Part shown: in pieces, positions 20,723-32,855 of the stretch
How positions within the stretch are numbered: position 1 is the stretch's first letter
Layout: each line of letters begins with the position of its first letter
Source of the DNA: an uncultured Chroococcidiopsis sp.
GTDB lineage: Bacteria > Cyanobacteriota > Cyanobacteriia > Cyanobacteriales > Chroococcidiopsidaceae
Assembly: GCA_964248365.1 (NCBI GenBank)
Contig: CAXTYC010000040.1
Location: 1-46,332, forward strand
Direction of reading: 5' to 3'
Length of the DNA: 46,332 bases
Program-made: the position numbers and the translations under genes
The notes under the pieces: model-generated
Seen by the model: only the letters and a program-made list of their open reading frames with translations
Database searches by the model: none
Told to the model about the DNA's origin: nothing

Positions 20723-21642
20723 AAACACAGGCAAAAGGTATAGGAGTTGGTTTTTTGATTAAATCTAGGCAATTAAAATTTTCCTTTTAATTACTCTTAA
20801 TTTATTGACTTTTCTTTTGATCTTTTGTCGATTCAAAATTTATTCTAACTTTAGTAGTACTTAAATCCAGGGGATTTTGGTATTGATGTCTGTTAAACAA
20901 CCAAAATTTATATTTACTCTCCAAAGCATAAGTGTGGTTATTTATTTAATTTTTTGTTCCCAGCTTGAAATTTTAGTGATTTCTGATGCACCATAAAAAT
21001 ATTAAATCTTTATAAAAAATATTTTTTATTTTATCGTTTGCTAAAGTGTTTTCCTTCAAGCTATTATATAGGCTCAAACTATGGTATTCCTTGCTCAGCG
21101 TTGTTCCAGTCAAAGTAACTTTAGGGAAGTTATTACTTATACATATTTACAAAAATTTAGTAATTAAAATTTATTAAATTTTTTCTGTCTTGAAACCAGG
21201 ATCGCATAGACTGAAAGCTTTGACTCTCTACCAATAGAAAGAAAATAGTAAGATTCCAGCTGTGATGGAATAAGTAAAAATTAATTAATAAAATAAAAGC
21301 TTCCCCAAGATGGATGATTAATAGCTCAAAATATCCTAGGTAAATTAAGCAGCTGATTAATTAACCCGCAATCAGTGGCTTCGCTCCTCAATACTTTGTC
21401 AAGTATGACCGTCGCCCCTTGCTGGGTAGTAAGTATAGCCAGGTGTTTTAACTTCAGGGCGTGGGGAAGAAAAAAATGAGTTATGGGCTAAAAAAGAGTT
21501 TGGGCAAAAATGAAGAATTGCCGATGGCATCCGTTAGTTTTTTCATAGCTTTCTGGAGGAAAACTTTTTAGGTGGGGTAATTGGTATCATAATTAACGAT
21601 CGCAGCGAGCCAAGTCCTTCAGTGGGGGCGTATTTAACAGCT

Positions 21643-24186
21643 ATGTATACTTCTGGTTTAAAATTGTCAACTTTAGTAGTGGCTGAGCCTGTCTCGTCCT
21701 ACCAGTCGGGTACGACTCCAAGTAGCTGGATTGAAGTGCTGGTAGATTGTCCAGGAGCTACGGGTATATATACTTACAGGCTGCCGGAACAATTAATCTG
21801 CCAGCCTGGGGATATTTTAAGTGTGCCGTTTGGATCTGCTACCCTCGGAGCGATCGCCTTACGAATGGTAGATCAACCCCCCCCAGATCTAGCACTCGAA
21901 AAAATCCGTGATGTTGAGGATGTGGTAAGTGGAGGATTTTTCCCCCCAGCTTATTGGGAATTGCTCAATCGAGTGGCAGCATATTACTATACACCATTGA
22001 TATCTGTGATACGTGTCGCCTTACCACCTGGTTTGTTAGGGCGATCGCAACGGCGCATTCGTTTGGTAGGGGAAATAAAACCAGGTGTCGATACTTTCTT
22101 AAGTCCAACTGCGCGCGAGATTTTGGCACTCCTCAAAACTCAGAGTGCTGGTGACTATAGCTTTGCTTATATTCAACGCCAAATTAGAGGCGCACACAGA
22201 GGATTACGTGAGTTACTGCGCGTGTCGTTGGTAGAAAGCTACCTAGAACCCCCCCGACTGACTCGTCCAAAATTACAGAAAGCAGTGACATTGGTAGCAA
22301 CTGGTTTCGAGCGTGATGTCACACCCCGCCAACGTGAAGTTTTAGAAGTGCTGCGGCGGCGTGGTAGCGATATGTGGATGAGTGAATTATTACAAATTTG
22401 TAGCACTAGTTCCTCTACCCTGAAGGCGTTAGAACAAAAAGGCTACATAGTTATTCAGGAACGGGAAGTATTAAGGAAAGAGCAGGGAGCATTGTTAGCA
22501 GGGGATCAACCGAAGTCTTTAACAGATGCTCAGTGTGAGGCAGTAAATACTATTACCAATCAAGATCGATTTGCGGTAATATTATTGCACGGGGTAACAG
22601 GATCGGGAAAAACAGAAGTATATTTACAAGCGATCGCCCCCCTGCTCCAGCAAGGAAAATCTGCCCTAGTTTTAGTTCCAGAAATCGGTCTTACTCCCCA
22701 ACTAACAGACCGTTTCCGCGCCCGTTTTGGCAACAAAGTCTGTGTCTATCACAGCGCCCTATCCGATGGTGAGCGTTACGATACGTGGCGGCAAATGCTG
22801 GCTGGAGAACCGCAAGTAGTAATTGGTACACGCTCCGCCGTGTACGCCCCCTTGCCCCAACTTGGTTTAATTATCTTAGATGAAGAACACGACAGCAGCT
22901 TCAAGCAAGACTCCCCCATCCCTACCTACCACGCCCGCACAGTCGCCCAATGGCGATCCGAGTTAGAAAATTGTCCCCTCGTCTTGGGTTCCGCCACTCC
23001 TTCTTTGGAATCTTGGGTGAGTATTAGGGAGCAGAGGGGCACAGGAGAAGACTATGCACAGTTCCCCCCCTCACAGGGTCACAGAGTCACCCCCTCCTTT
23101 TACCTTTCCCTCCCAGAGCGCATCCAATCTCGTCCCCTACCGCCTGTCGAGGTGGTGGATATGAGGCAAGAGTTGCAATCGGGTAATCGCTCGATTTTTA
23201 GCCGAACCCTGGAGCAGGCTTTGCAACAACTGCAAGCACGAGAGCAACAGGGAATTTTGTTTATTCATCGGCGCGGACATAGCACGTTTGTGTCGTGTCG
23301 TAGTTGTGGTTCCGTCCTGGAATGTCCTCACTGTGATGTTTCGTTGTCCTATCACCACACAGAAGAAGGCGCAGCCCAGTTGTTGCGGTGTCATTACTGT
23401 AACTTTGCGCGATCGCATCCCCCCGATTGTCCTGAATGTGGTTCCCCTTACTTGAAATTCTTCGGCAGTGGTACACAGCGAGTCGCCCAGGAGCTAGCAA
23501 AGCAGTTTCCTCAATTGCGCTGCATTCGATTTGATAGCGATACCACCCGCACCAAGGGTTCTCATCGGACGTTGCTAACACGTTTTGCCAACGGGGAAGC
23601 TGATTTGTTGGTGGGTACTCAAATGCTGACAAAAGGGCTGGATTTACCGCAAGTAACACTTGTCGGCGTTGTTGCTGCTGATGGATTGCTCAATTTACCA
23701 GACTATAGGGCAGCCGAACGAGCATTTCAAACTTTGACTCAGGTAGCTGGACGTGCTGGGAGGGGGGATGAGCCAGGGCGAGTCATTTTACAAACTTACT
23801 CCCCAGAGCATCCAGTAATTCAAGCTGTGCAGCAGCATGAGTATGAGTCTTTCATTTTTTCAGAATTACAACAAAGAGAAGCTCTAAATTATCCTCCCTA
23901 CGGAAGATTGATTTTATTAAAATTAAGTAGTATAGATGCAGCGTCTGTAGAGCATACTGCCCAAATCGTGGCAGCCGAGTTAAGTAATAATGCTGCCTTG
24001 GGCTTAGACATTTTAGGACCTGCCCCAGCTAATATATTGCGCGTAGCTAACCGCTATCGCTGGCAAATTATGCTCAAATTAGCGCCAGGATTACAGCCAC
24101 AATTACCAGATTGGAATGATGTGCGATCGCTTTGCCCCCCTTCGGTTAGTCTCACAATAGACGTTGATCCACTCAATTTGATGTGA
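21643..24186 (+). CDS. priA: primosomal protein N'
   Basis: GVTGSGKT, LVPEIGLTPQ, DEEHD, SATPSLES, four CxxC, GTQMLTKGLD, QVAGRAGR, IDVDP. Confidence 0.98.
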   Translation: MYTSGLKLSTLVVAEPVSSYQSGTTPSSWIEVLVDCPGATGIYTYRLPEQLICQPGDILSVPFGSATLGAIALRMVDQPPPDLALEKIRDVEDVVSGGFFPPAYWELLNRVAAYYYTPLISVIRVALPPGLLGRSQRRIRLVGEIKPGVDTFLSPTAREILALLKTQSAGDYSFAYIQRQIRGAHRGLRELLRVSLVESYLEPPRLTRPKLQKAVTLVATGFERDVTPRQREVLEVLRRRGSDMWMSELLQICSTSSSTLKALEQKGYIVIQEREVLRKEQGALLAGDQPKSLTDAQCEAVNTITNQDRFAVILLHGVTGSGKTEVYLQAIAPLLQQGKSALVLVPEIGLTPQLTDRFRARFGNKVCVYHSALSDGERYDTWRQMLAGEPQVVIGTRSAVYAPLPQLGLIILDEEHDSSFKQDSPIPTYHARTVAQWRSELENCPLVLGSATPSLESWVSIREQRGTGEDYAQFPPSQGHRVTPSFYLSLPERIQSRPLPPVEVVDMRQELQSGNRSIFSRTLEQALQQLQAREQQGILFIHRRGHSTFVSCRSCGSVLECPHCDVSLSYHHTEEGAAQLLRCHYCNFARSHPPDCPECGSPYLKFFGSGTQRVAQELAKQFPQLRCIRFDSDTTRTKGSHRTLLTRFANGEADLLVGTQMLTKGLDLPQVTLVGVVAADGLLNLPDYRAAERAFQTLTQVAGRAGRGDEPGRVILQTYSPEHPVIQAVQQHEYESFIFSELQQREALNYPPYGRLILLKLSSIDAASVEHTAQIVAAELSNNAALGLDILGPAPANILRVANRYRWQIMLKLAPGLQPQLPDWNDVRSLCPPSVSLTIDVDPLNLM

Positions 24187-24202
24187 GGCGAGAGGCTAGG
24201 GG

Positions 24203-26101
24203 CTAGAGGCTAGTCTGCCCCTCTGCCCCCCTGCCTCCCCTGCTCTCTTCATAGATACCAGCAGGAATAGAGGCAATTAATTTTTGCGTGTACGGGTTTT
24301 CGGGGTGGCGATAAATTTTCTCGGCTTCACCTTGTTCGACAATTTCACCTTTGTTCATTACTAAAATGCGATCGCTCATAAATTTCACCACACTTAGGTC
24401 GTGGGAAATAAAAATATAGGTGAGCTGAAATTCTGCCTGCAATTCTTTTAACAGATTTAGCACTTGTGCTTGGACGGAAACATCTAATGAAGAAACTGAT
24501 TCGTCGCAAACGATCAATTTAACATCGGGATAGAGAGCCAACGCACGAGCAATACAAATTCGTTGCCTTTGACCGCCAGAAAACTCATGCGGATAGCGAT
24601 TCATGCGATCGGTCGCTATCCCCACCCGCTGCAACAAGTCAGCTGCTTTGTCTCGGCGTTGTCGTTTTGTCTTCCCAACTGAATGGATCAATAGTGGTTC
24701 CATCACAGCCTCACCGATCTTTATGCGGGGATCAAGGGAGCTAAAAGGGTTTTGGAATATAATTTGCATTTTCCGGCGTAGCTGCTGCAACTGATGGTGC
24801 TTCGCCGCTGTGATGTCTTCACCCTCAAACGAAATTTGACCACCCAATGGTTCAATTAATCGAAGTAATGTCCGACCAAGGGTAGTTTTGCCGCAGCCCG
24901 ATTCTCCCACAAGTCCTAGAGTTTCTCCTGGGTAGACCTGAAACGAAACACCATTAACTGCCATAAAATAGTGTTTGGTTTGACCAAACATCCCACGCTG
25001 CCCAAAGCCTACTTGCAGTTTTTCTACTTCCAATAGAGGTTTTTGCTGCCTTAGCCCGTGCAAGCGTTGAGTTAATGTTTCCGCACTGACAAAGGGAGGG
25101 TAAATAGGTTGTTTTTCCTCAATTTCTAATTCTCCCGTTGGTGTCTCCTCAACGGTCATAAAGTCGGCAACTGTTAGTAGTTTTTGCGGTCGTCTATCCA
25201 AGGGGGGACGACAAGCTAGGAGTCCTTTGGTATATGGATGCTGTGGGTGGGAAAGAATCTGCTCTACCGTACCGTATTCGACGATTTTACCTTTGTACAT
25301 TACGGCGATCGCATCAGCTATTTGGGCAATTAAGCCTAAATCATGGGTAATGAACATCATCGACATTTGACGGCGATCGCGCAATTCCCGCAGCAAGTCC
25401 AAAATCGTCGCCTGGACGGTTACATCTAACGCCGTAGTTGGTTCGTCAGCAATCAAAAGCGCTGGATCGCAAGAAATTGCCATTGCGATCATTACCCGTT
25501 GTAGCTGTCCGCCAGAAAGTTGGTGAGGGTAGCGATCGAGGAGGGCTTGTTTTTGCTGCTCAACCCACTGTTGCATTTGACGCTGGTTGTTTTGGGTTGA
25601 AGGAATTTGAGCTTTCTTGTCGAGATATTGCTGCTCTAACTGTTGATTGCTTGGCAAAAGTTTGACTTCCTGCAACCGCGCGATCGCTTGTTCTCTTGCC
25701 TTATGCTCTGAAACCTTTTTGTGCAATCGAATTGCTTCTGTTAGTTGAAACCCAATTGTGTAAACTGGGTTAAGCGAACTCATCGGCTCTTGGAAGATCA
25801 TGGCAATTTGACTGCCTCGGTATTTTTGCATTCGCTCCGAAGGCAGTTGCCGTAAATTCACCCTTTGTGCATCCCCATCTCCCCGAAACCATATTTCGCC
25901 GCCCGTTACCTTAGTAGGCGGTATCAAACCCATCACAGCTAGGGATGTCACCGATTTACCTGAACCCGACTCCCCCACAATTCCTAGTGTCTGTCCTCGC
26001 TTTAGCTCAAATGAGATGCCATCAACGGCTTTAATAATTTTATTGTCATCAGTAGAAAATTCCACCTTTAGATTGCTAACTTCGAGGACAGTTTCACTCA
26101 T
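24203..26101 (-). CDS. dipeptide/oligopeptide ABC transporter ATP-binding protein, two ATPase domains
   Basis: GESGSGKS and GESGCGKT Walker A, LSGGQ/FSGGQ signatures, HPYT motif; the ORF extension 5' of ATG 26101 is heptamer repeat. Confidence 0.95.
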   Translation of the reverse strand: MSETVLEVSNLKVEFSTDDNKIIKAVDGISFELKRGQTLGIVGESGSGKSVTSLAVMGLIPPTKVTGGEIWFRGDGDAQRVNLRQLPSERMQKYRGSQIAMIFQEPMSSLNPVYTIGFQLTEAIRLHKKVSEHKAREQAIARLQEVKLLPSNQQLEQQYLDKKAQIPSTQNNQRQMQQWVEQQKQALLDRYPHQLSGGQLQRVMIAMAISCDPALLIADEPTTALDVTVQATILDLLRELRDRRQMSMMFITHDLGLIAQIADAIAVMYKGKIVEYGTVEQILSHPQHPYTKGLLACRPPLDRRPQKLLTVADFMTVEETPTGELEIEEKQPIYPPFVSAETLTQRLHGLRQQKPLLEVEKLQVGFGQRGMFGQTKHYFMAVNGVSFQVYPGETLGLVGESGCGKTTLGRTLLRLIEPLGGQISFEGEDITAAKHHQLQQLRRKMQIIFQNPFSSLDPRIKIGEAVMEPLLIHSVGKTKRQRRDKAADLLQRVGIATDRMNRYPHEFSGGQRQRICIARALALYPDVKLIVCDESVSSLDVSVQAQVLNLLKELQAEFQLTYIFISHDLSVVKFMSDRILVMNKGEIVEQGEAEKIYRHPENPYTQKLIASIPAGIYEESRGGRGAEGQTSL

Positions 26102-26280
26102 AGTGTAGGGAGTAGGGAGTAGGGGAAAGGTTAAAGTATAAAGGGTAAAAGAGAAAGGATAAAGGGTAAAGAGGTATTGCGGTAAAGTAAAGGGTAAGGG
26201 TAAAGGGTAAAGGTATTTTCTCCCCTTTTCCCACTCTCCCACTCTCCTACTCTCCCCCTCTCCCCAGCCTTTAGCCTCTA
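26102..26280. repeat. short tandem (STRR-type) repeats
   Basis: Tandem TAAAGGG-like, AGTAGGG and CCCACTC-like units; similar tracts at 7700-7810, 9830-9945, 12770-12905, 38540-38620 and 39860-39925. Confidence 0.8.
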
Positions 26281-26294
26281 TCTATAGCGCCCCT

Positions 26295-26798
26295 CTAAAA
26301 GGGAATATCATCCACATCTGTGTCAGGAGTGGGTAGGGGTGTCTTTGGTTGAGCTACAGTTTTTACAGGCGATTGTTGAGTAGGCAAAGCAACAGCAGCT
26401 GGTTTCTCTTCTGGTTCGTTCATCCTAGAGTCTCCAGCACTTGCATTTGTGGGATAGCTACTTGTCGCAGTTGTACCTAATGATGCACCAATGCTGACAT
26501 CTTCACCCAGAGTATGAATTTTTTGAACTGTCAATTCAGCTTTTTTTTCTTTGTAACCATCCATTTGCACAGTATTCATACTCAAGCGACCTTCGATGAT
26601 AATGCGATCGCCTTTTTGATATTTTTGTTCAATTTCCTGTGCCAAATTACCCCAACCAACTACTTTCAATGTAGCTGGTCGCTCTTCTGCCTTTTGTGCC
26701 TGAAACTGGACAAGCATTTCCGTCAGTGCCAAATTGTCAGTAGTGTAACGCAGTTGGGGTGCTTCAACAATTTCTGCCATTAAAATGCAGCTATTCAT
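26295..26798 (-). CDS. ssb: single-stranded DNA-binding protein
   Basis: PQLRYT, VVGWGNLA, IEGRL OB-fold motifs and acidic DDIPF tail. Confidence 0.92.
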   Translation of the reverse strand: MNSCILMAEIVEAPQLRYTTDNLALTEMLVQFQAQKAEERPATLKVVGWGNLAQEIEQKYQKGDRIIIEGRLSMNTVQMDGYKEKKAELTVQKIHTLGEDVSIGASLGTTATSSYPTNASAGDSRMNEPEEKPAAVALPTQQSPVKTVAQPKTPLPTPDTDVDDIPF

Positions 26799-27017
26799 TT
26801 ATTCTTCTCCTACGTAGTTTGTTCAGAGGTAGAGGGGAAAGGGACTCGGGACTCGGGGACAACCTGACAAGGGGACAAGGGGAAAGGATAAAGATAATGC
26901 ATTAATTATTCTGGCTCCTCACCTCCACAACTTTTCACCTCCTCACCTCCTAGCCTTCGGCAACGCGCGCGAACACCCTTCATCCTTCATCCTTTATACT
27001 TCATAGTTCCCTAGCCC

Positions 27018-29573
27018 CTAGCCTCTAGCCTCTAGCCCCTCTAAATAAGTGATAGATGTGTTCACTCCCTGTTCTTGTTCAACGAACTCTTGAACGCGGG
27101 TGCGGTATGAGCGCAACGTGTCATCTACCCACTCTCGATCATTACTGTTTGCGAACAAATGTACCACTGGTTCCCCAGCATCTGGCAAGATCAATATCCA
27201 ACTATCGTCATGATGGTTGTTAATCTTGACTCCATCAATTAGCTCAAGATTCTGGGCTGGGTGAGTTTCGACTAGATAGCGCATCAGCGCTCCTTTCACT
27301 GTCCAAGGACAGCGCACGGTGTAAGATTTGTGATATACGCGGGGTAGTTCGGTGCGAATCGTAGCAAGCGATCGCTCTTGAATCGTCAACATCTCAATCA
27401 GCTTGGCAATCGAGAACATCGCATCAAACCCTGGATGCAGTTGGGGAAAAATAAAGCCAGTTTCTCCACTTCCTCCCATAACTACATTCGGCGATTTTCT
27501 ACATTCCTCCATCAACGCTGTTGGATTTGCCTTAGTACGAATCACTTTGGCATCATGGCGACGGGCAATTTGTTCTACAGCACTAGAGGCGTGTATTGGC
27601 ACGACTACTGTACCTCTGGGGTGAGCCGTCAATATCATATTCACCATCAATCCTGTCAACATTTCACCCCGAATTGGAATACCAGCTTCATCAACCAAAG
27701 TCAGTTGTTCGCCATTGGCTGACACCTGGACACCAAAGCTTGCCTTCAGTGCTTCTACTACATGACCTAGTTGCATTATTAATGCTTCTTTCTCCGCTGC
27801 TGAAACAGCAGTCTGTTTGAGGCTAGCATTCAGCACGACGGCATCACAGCCAAATTTAGCTAACAATTGCGGTAGAACTGCACCCGACACCGCATAGGTA
27901 TAGTCTATTACAACCTTCGAGTTACTATGGCGGATCGCCTCCACATTCAGATTCTTCTCAAAAGCTGTGCAGTAAGTTGCAACCATTTCGGTGGGATAGA
28001 CTACATTCCCAATTTCATGTATTTGCACTCGCCGCAGGTCTTCTTTAAAATAAACTCCTTCGATTTTCTTTTCCTGCGCTTTTGAGATATTAATTCCCTG
28101 TTTGTCAATAAACTCAATCAAAATGTAATCCGGTCGGTCTGGATGCAGCCGCACATGAATTCCCCCAGCCACTCCCATCGTAGAGACTACTGTCCGCGCC
28201 ATTGGCAGCGATGTTGCATCTAGGTTTTGGATATTGATTCCTACCGACATCAAACCAGCAATGAGCGATCGCGTCACCATACGTGAGATACTACGCTGAT
28301 CGCGGGAAACTATCACCTGGCTCCCTGGCTTTAAAGCTGAACCGTAAGCAGCTCCCAACTTGACAGCAAATTCTGGCGTAATGTCAATATTTGCTAATCC
28401 TGTAACTCCCCGTTGACCAAATAAATTACGCTGAGCGGTATGACCCCAAATTAAATTAATATTCAAAGTCGCGCCAGATTCAATTTGTTTACTGGGCCAG
28501 ACGCGCACACTCGGACTAATTTGTGCTTCTTCTCCCACCGTCGAGAGCGAACCGACTACAGCGCCTTCCAATACTTGAGCGCGGCGGTCTACCCTAGTGC
28601 CACGAGAAATTACACAAGCTCTTAGATGCACTTCCTCGCCTATAATTGCCCCATTCCAAATAATCGGACGCTTCAGGGTAGCATCAGCCCCAATTGTCAC
28701 ATTGTCTCCAATTACAGTACCAGGAGCAATTTGCACCCTAGCACCGATGCGGCAGTTACTACCAATTAGGCATGGTGCTTCAACTTTGGCACTCGGCTCG
28801 ATGAAAGTGTTTTGACCTACCCAAATACCTGGGGATTGCTCTTCATAAGCATAATCAAGTTTGACTTTCTGGTATAATCCATCGTACTGGCTTTCTCTAT
28901 AAGCATCTAAGTGACCGACATCGCACCAGTAGCCCCCAGCTATGTAACCATACATTGGCTCGTCTTTTTCCAGCAGCAAGGGGAACAAATCTTTCGAGAA
29001 GTCAGTTTCTTGATTCTCTGGTAGGTATTCCAGCACTTCCGGTTCTAGAATGTAGGTTCCAGTGTTAACTGTGTCCGAGAAAATCTCGCTGGAACTCGGT
29101 TTTTCTAAAAATCGTCGAATGCGTTGTTCTTCATCTGTGATCACCACGCCAAATTCTATTGGGTTGGGAACACGAGTTAAAACTAGAGTCGCTTTTGATT
29201 TTTTTTGCCTATGAAATTCAATTGCTGCACTCAAATCAAAATCTGTGATACTATCGCCGCTAATTACTAAAAACGTTTGGTCGAGCAGTTCGGCAATATT
29301 TTTCACGCAACCAGCAGTACCTAAAGGCTGGTCTTCCTCGACAGCATAAGTCATCTGGATGCCAAAATCGCTGCCATCAGAGAAGTAATCGCGCATCACA
29401 TCAGGCAAGTAGTGCAGGGTAGCAATTACTTCTGTGATTTGATGCCGTTTGAGCAGATTTATGATGTGTTCCGCAATTGGTCGGTTTAATATCGGCACCA
29501 TCGGTTTGGGAAGATCACAAGTTAGCGGTCTTAACCGCGTTCCAGACCCTCCAGCCATCAGCACTGCGCGCAT
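27018..29573 (-). CDS. mannose-1-phosphate guanylyltransferase / phosphomannomutase-like fusion
   Basis: [35 protein letters not shown], hexapeptide region and C-terminal phosphohexomutase-like domains. Confidence 0.93.
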   Translation of the reverse strand: MRAVLMAGGSGTRLRPLTCDLPKPMVPILNRPIAEHIINLLKRHQITEVIATLHYLPDVMRDYFSDGSDFGIQMTYAVEEDQPLGTAGCVKNIAELLDQTFLVISGDSITDFDLSAAIEFHRQKKSKATLVLTRVPNPIEFGVVITDEEQRIRRFLEKPSSSEIFSDTVNTGTYILEPEVLEYLPENQETDFSKDLFPLLLEKDEPMYGYIAGGYWCDVGHLDAYRESQYDGLYQKVKLDYAYEEQSPGIWVGQNTFIEPSAKVEAPCLIGSNCRIGARVQIAPGTVIGDNVTIGADATLKRPIIWNGAIIGEEVHLRACVISRGTRVDRRAQVLEGAVVGSLSTVGEEAQISPSVRVWPSKQIESGATLNINLIWGHTAQRNLFGQRGVTGLANIDITPEFAVKLGAAYGSALKPGSQVIVSRDQRSISRMVTRSLIAGLMSVGINIQNLDATSLPMARTVVSTMGVAGGIHVRLHPDRPDYILIEFIDKQGINISKAQEKKIEGVYFKEDLRRVQIHEIGNVVYPTEMVATYCTAFEKNLNVEAIRHSNSKVVIDYTYAVSGAVLPQLLAKFGCDAVVLNASLKQTAVSAAEKEALIMQLGHVVEALKASFGVQVSANGEQLTLVDEAGIPIRGEMLTGLMVNMILTAHPRGTVVVPIHASSAVEQIARRHDAKVIRTKANPTALMEECRKSPNVVMGGSGETGFIFPQLHPGFDAMFSIAKLIEMLTIQERSLATIRTELPRVYHKSYTVRCPWTVKGALMRYLVETHPAQNLELIDGVKINNHHDDSWILILPDAGEPVVHLFANSNDREWVDDTLRSYRTRVQEFVEQEQGVNTSITYLEGLEARG

Positions 29574-30003
29574 AATTCCTCCTTAGATTCCACCCATTTT
29601 GTGGTTCAAAGCCAAGATTTTTAAGATCGCTCATCACTATCTAGTTTCCTACGTCTGTCCCAACAATAGGCACTCCCACAGGATACATCCCTCAAACGAG
29701 CGCGATCGCAAATCCTCCCACTACGTTTTTTCTAGCTAATCGCAGGTGCAGGTGCATTGAACACTTCCACTAATGCTAAGAAACACAGCGTAATTGGTAT
29801 TAATTGACTTTTGCTAATCTACACTTGATATGGGGCGGGGAAGCTCAAATGATTAAAATGGCGGCTTGCAGCTACAATCACAAGCAGTGTGGACTAAAAT
29901 CTCTCCTCACAGGTTGTACTGTATAACACATAAAAATTCAAAAGTCAAGAAAGCGCCATGACAAAATAATTCCTCGCTATCCTTTTAGTTGCTCAAGAGG
30001 TTG

Positions 30004-30201
30004 ATGGGAATGAGTGGTTTAATTACTTTTATATTAATTCTGGTCTATGGTGGCGGCGTTTGGAAGTTCTGGAGTGGATTTCACCGCACAAACTTTTCTC
30101 GCAATTTAACTAATCGGCTAGCCCTGTCCCTATTATGGCCCGCTTTGCTAGCTGCTAATAAGTCCTATCGTCAAAATTTTAGAAAGGCTCTTAAAGGCTA
30201 G
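30004..30201 (+). CDS. small conserved membrane protein
   Basis: Hydrophobic N-terminus, YGGG.WKFW.GF..TNF, LWP, YRQNF.KALKG. Confidence 0.75.
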   Translation: MGMSGLITFILILVYGGGVWKFWSGFHRTNFSRNLTNRLALSLLWPALLAANKSYRQNFRKALKG

Positions 30202-30221
30202 AGGAACCAGAGGAAGAAGGC

Positions 30222-31061
30222 TTGGAGACAACTAGACAAAAAGATAAAAGAACAATTACCAATTACTCTTTACCAATTACCAATTCCAAGCGTATATGGT
30301 TAATCGGTGGGACGCAAGAAAGCTGTGATTTGGCAGCTGCTTTCGCACGATCTCATTTGCCCTGTACAATTTCGGTAACTACACCATCGGCACGATCGCT
30401 CTATCCTCCTGCACCAAGTTTACAAGTGTGGGTAGGGCGTTTTAATCTGTCTCAAATAGAGGAATTTTTGCAACAGCAGCAAATTGTCGCCATTTTAGAT
30501 GCATCCCATCCCTATGCTGTCGAGATTTCCCACAATGCGATCACTCTTTCCCAAAAGCTACAAATTCCATATCTTCGCTACGAACGCCCTGTTTTAGAAC
30601 ACGGGAAGCAGGAGGGGAGGTTAGACAGTTTTGAAACCTTGCTATCTGGGAATTATTTGCAAAATCAGCGGGTATTACTCACAGTCGGCTATAGACCTTT
30701 GCACCTGTTTCAACCAATGCAAGAGCAAGCAACTTTGTTTGCTAGAATTTTACCCAGTGCGATCGCTCTTGAAGTTGCCAATTCAGCTGGATTTACCCCA
30801 GACAGATTGATTTGTCTGCGTCCTCCCATTTGTGCTGATTTAGAAAAAGCTCTTTGGCAGCAATGGCATATTTCCCTGGTTGTCACCAAAGCATCAGGTA
30901 CACCTGGCGGAGAAGACATCAAGCGCACTGTTGCTTCCCACTTAGGTATACCTCTGATTGTAATTGATAGACCACCTGTTGAGTATCCCCAGCAAACAAG
31001 CAATCTATCCGTTGCTCTTGAGTTTTGTCGTCAGCAATTTGCCGTCAAACCTAATCGCTGA
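30222..31061 (+). CDS. cobK: cobalt-precorrin-6A / precorrin-6X reductase; start uncertain
   Basis: LIGGT.E, LDASHPYA, YLRYERP, VVTKASG, VIDRP. Confidence 0.93.
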   Translation: METTRQKDKRTITNYSLPITNSKRIWLIGGTQESCDLAAAFARSHLPCTISVTTPSARSLYPPAPSLQVWVGRFNLSQIEEFLQQQQIVAILDASHPYAVEISHNAITLSQKLQIPYLRYERPVLEHGKQEGRLDSFETLLSGNYLQNQRVLLTVGYRPLHLFQPMQEQATLFARILPSAIALEVANSAGFTPDRLICLRPPICADLEKALWQQWHISLVVTKASGTPGGEDIKRTVASHLGIPLIVIDRPPVEYPQQTSNLSVALEFCRQQFAVKPNR

Positions 31062-31799
31062 ATTCAATTAATGACATTTATTCTCAAAAAAATTCTTGTT
31101 TTTGTCTTTTACTTTACTTTCTTGGAGTGAAGCTGTATTATTTAATAATGGGAATCTGTGCTGTTTTAAAATTTGAGCTTATATTTCCATTATTAAGTAA
31201 ATCATATCAAAAAATTCATCTCGTTTCAACCCTTTTAAGTATTTAAAATTTTCGCATCTTAAAAATAAAAATTCTTACGTTAGTTTCCACGTTGTACATA
31301 TGTAACTAGGAAAAAACCACGTTCAAAGGTCAAAATAGGTAACTATGTGTAAGCCCTAACTACAATCAGGTGCTATCTTTTGAATGTTGTTCTCAGCGTT
31401 GTTGATTTGGGTTAAACAGCATCTAAAATTGGGATCGCCTGAAAATAAAATTTAAAACTCAATCTCAAAATTTGCTGCTGTTTGGTGCTTGCTTTGATGG
31501 AAATAGAGATGATATACTGAACTTTAGTTTAATAATGGAACTTTATGCGTTTTCATATTTTTGGCACAGATTTCCATTGTCATATAAACTCTATCATGCT
31601 CATCACATCTAAGCAAGCATTTAAACCTAATTTCCCGAAGCTAAAGCCAAAATTTAAAACCGAGGAAATAGCGGCGGCTTTAAGAGTAACAAGATGGGCT
31701 TAATACGGGTTTTACTCCCGATAAGAGTAGGGTAATGTTGATCGCTGTTGCAGTGAAAGGGGCAATATAGAAGAGGTTAGCGATCGCACTTTTATTCCT

Positions 31800-32855
31800 A
31801 TGCATCTTACCCTAGAACAACAAGCAGCAGATCCAAACACTCGGCAAGAGCAATTAGAGTATTTATCCAAACTTAGCACCGAACTAGCTTTTGATAGTAG
31901 CTAACAACCCTAATGCTACTCCCGAATTGTTGGAGAAATTAGCAAATACCAAAGATATTTTTACCCTTCAAAATATAGCAGCCAACTCTAATACCTCTTG
32001 GCGAAGTCTTACGTAAATTAGCTTCCAAGCAGCTGGAGGATATGATAGAAAGTTGTCAGCAACTTAAAATTAGTAGTCCTTTTGGCTATGGACACCTAAT
32101 TTAAAAGAATACTTTGCTCGATTAACAAAACAAGGAATTTCACAATTAACCGTTGATACTGTACAACAGGCTTGTACAGTTTATCAATTAGTTGCCAAAA
32201 ATCCTAATACTCCAACCGATGTTTTGCTAAATCTAGGTTTTCTATTTCCAGCAGATTTTGTTAAAAATCCTGTCTTACCATGACTAATTTTAGAAAATCC
32301 TGCTTTCATAGATCAAAATTACCACACTCAAATTGCTATTGCCAGTCATCCTGACACACCTGTAGATATATTGAAGTATCTCATGGAATACGGTCGTCCT
32401 GGTGTTCGTAAAGATATTGCACCTCATCCTAATATACCAGTCGATGTTCTAGAAGAAATGGCAGAAGATGCAATCAGAAAGCCGATGTCACTGGATAAGA
32501 CACCTGAAGGTATTGCTAAAAATCCAAAAACACCAGCTTATATATTAGATAAAATGGCTGTTTATATGGAAAATATTAAAATCGCTCCGAAGAGTTTAGA
32601 GAAAATACTGAAGAATGTAAATACAATCTGGCTGTTGCTATAGCGAACAATCCTAATACCCCTGCAAATGTTTTGCAGCGTTTAGCCTCTTCACAAACCG
32701 GATATATCCTTCAATGTATAGCAACTCATCCTAATACTCCAGTAGATGTACTTAAACAATTAGCACGAGATGGCGATAAATATGTTTGCCAAGCACTTAT
32801 TCAAAATCCTCATACTCCTGCATATATTCGTTATTTTTTACGACGCAATAAATAA
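31800..32855 (+). pseudogene. leucine-rich repeat variant (LRV/HEAT-like) protein, multiple stops and frameshifts
   Basis: Repeated A.NPNTP..L..LA units (NNPNATPELLEKLA, KNPNTPTDVL, SHPDTPVDIL, THPNTPVDVLKQLA) across frames from ATG 31800. Confidence 0.85.

Noticed and set aside
20735..21620. Long AT-rich sigE-priA intergenic region as an ncRNA or hidden gene
   Set aside because: No ORF, repeat or convincing structure seen; consistent with divergent promoters.
26102..26242. N-terminal extension of the ABC ATPase ORF (likewise 41444-41524 of mrdA and the 4485-4739 ORF)
   Set aside because: Translation of tandem-repeat or IS-end DNA; better ATG starts lie downstream for the two genes.
31141..31200. 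XerCD dif site
   Set aside because: Only loose AT-rich resemblance; lacks the 11-6-11 layout and the TTATGTTAAAT arm.
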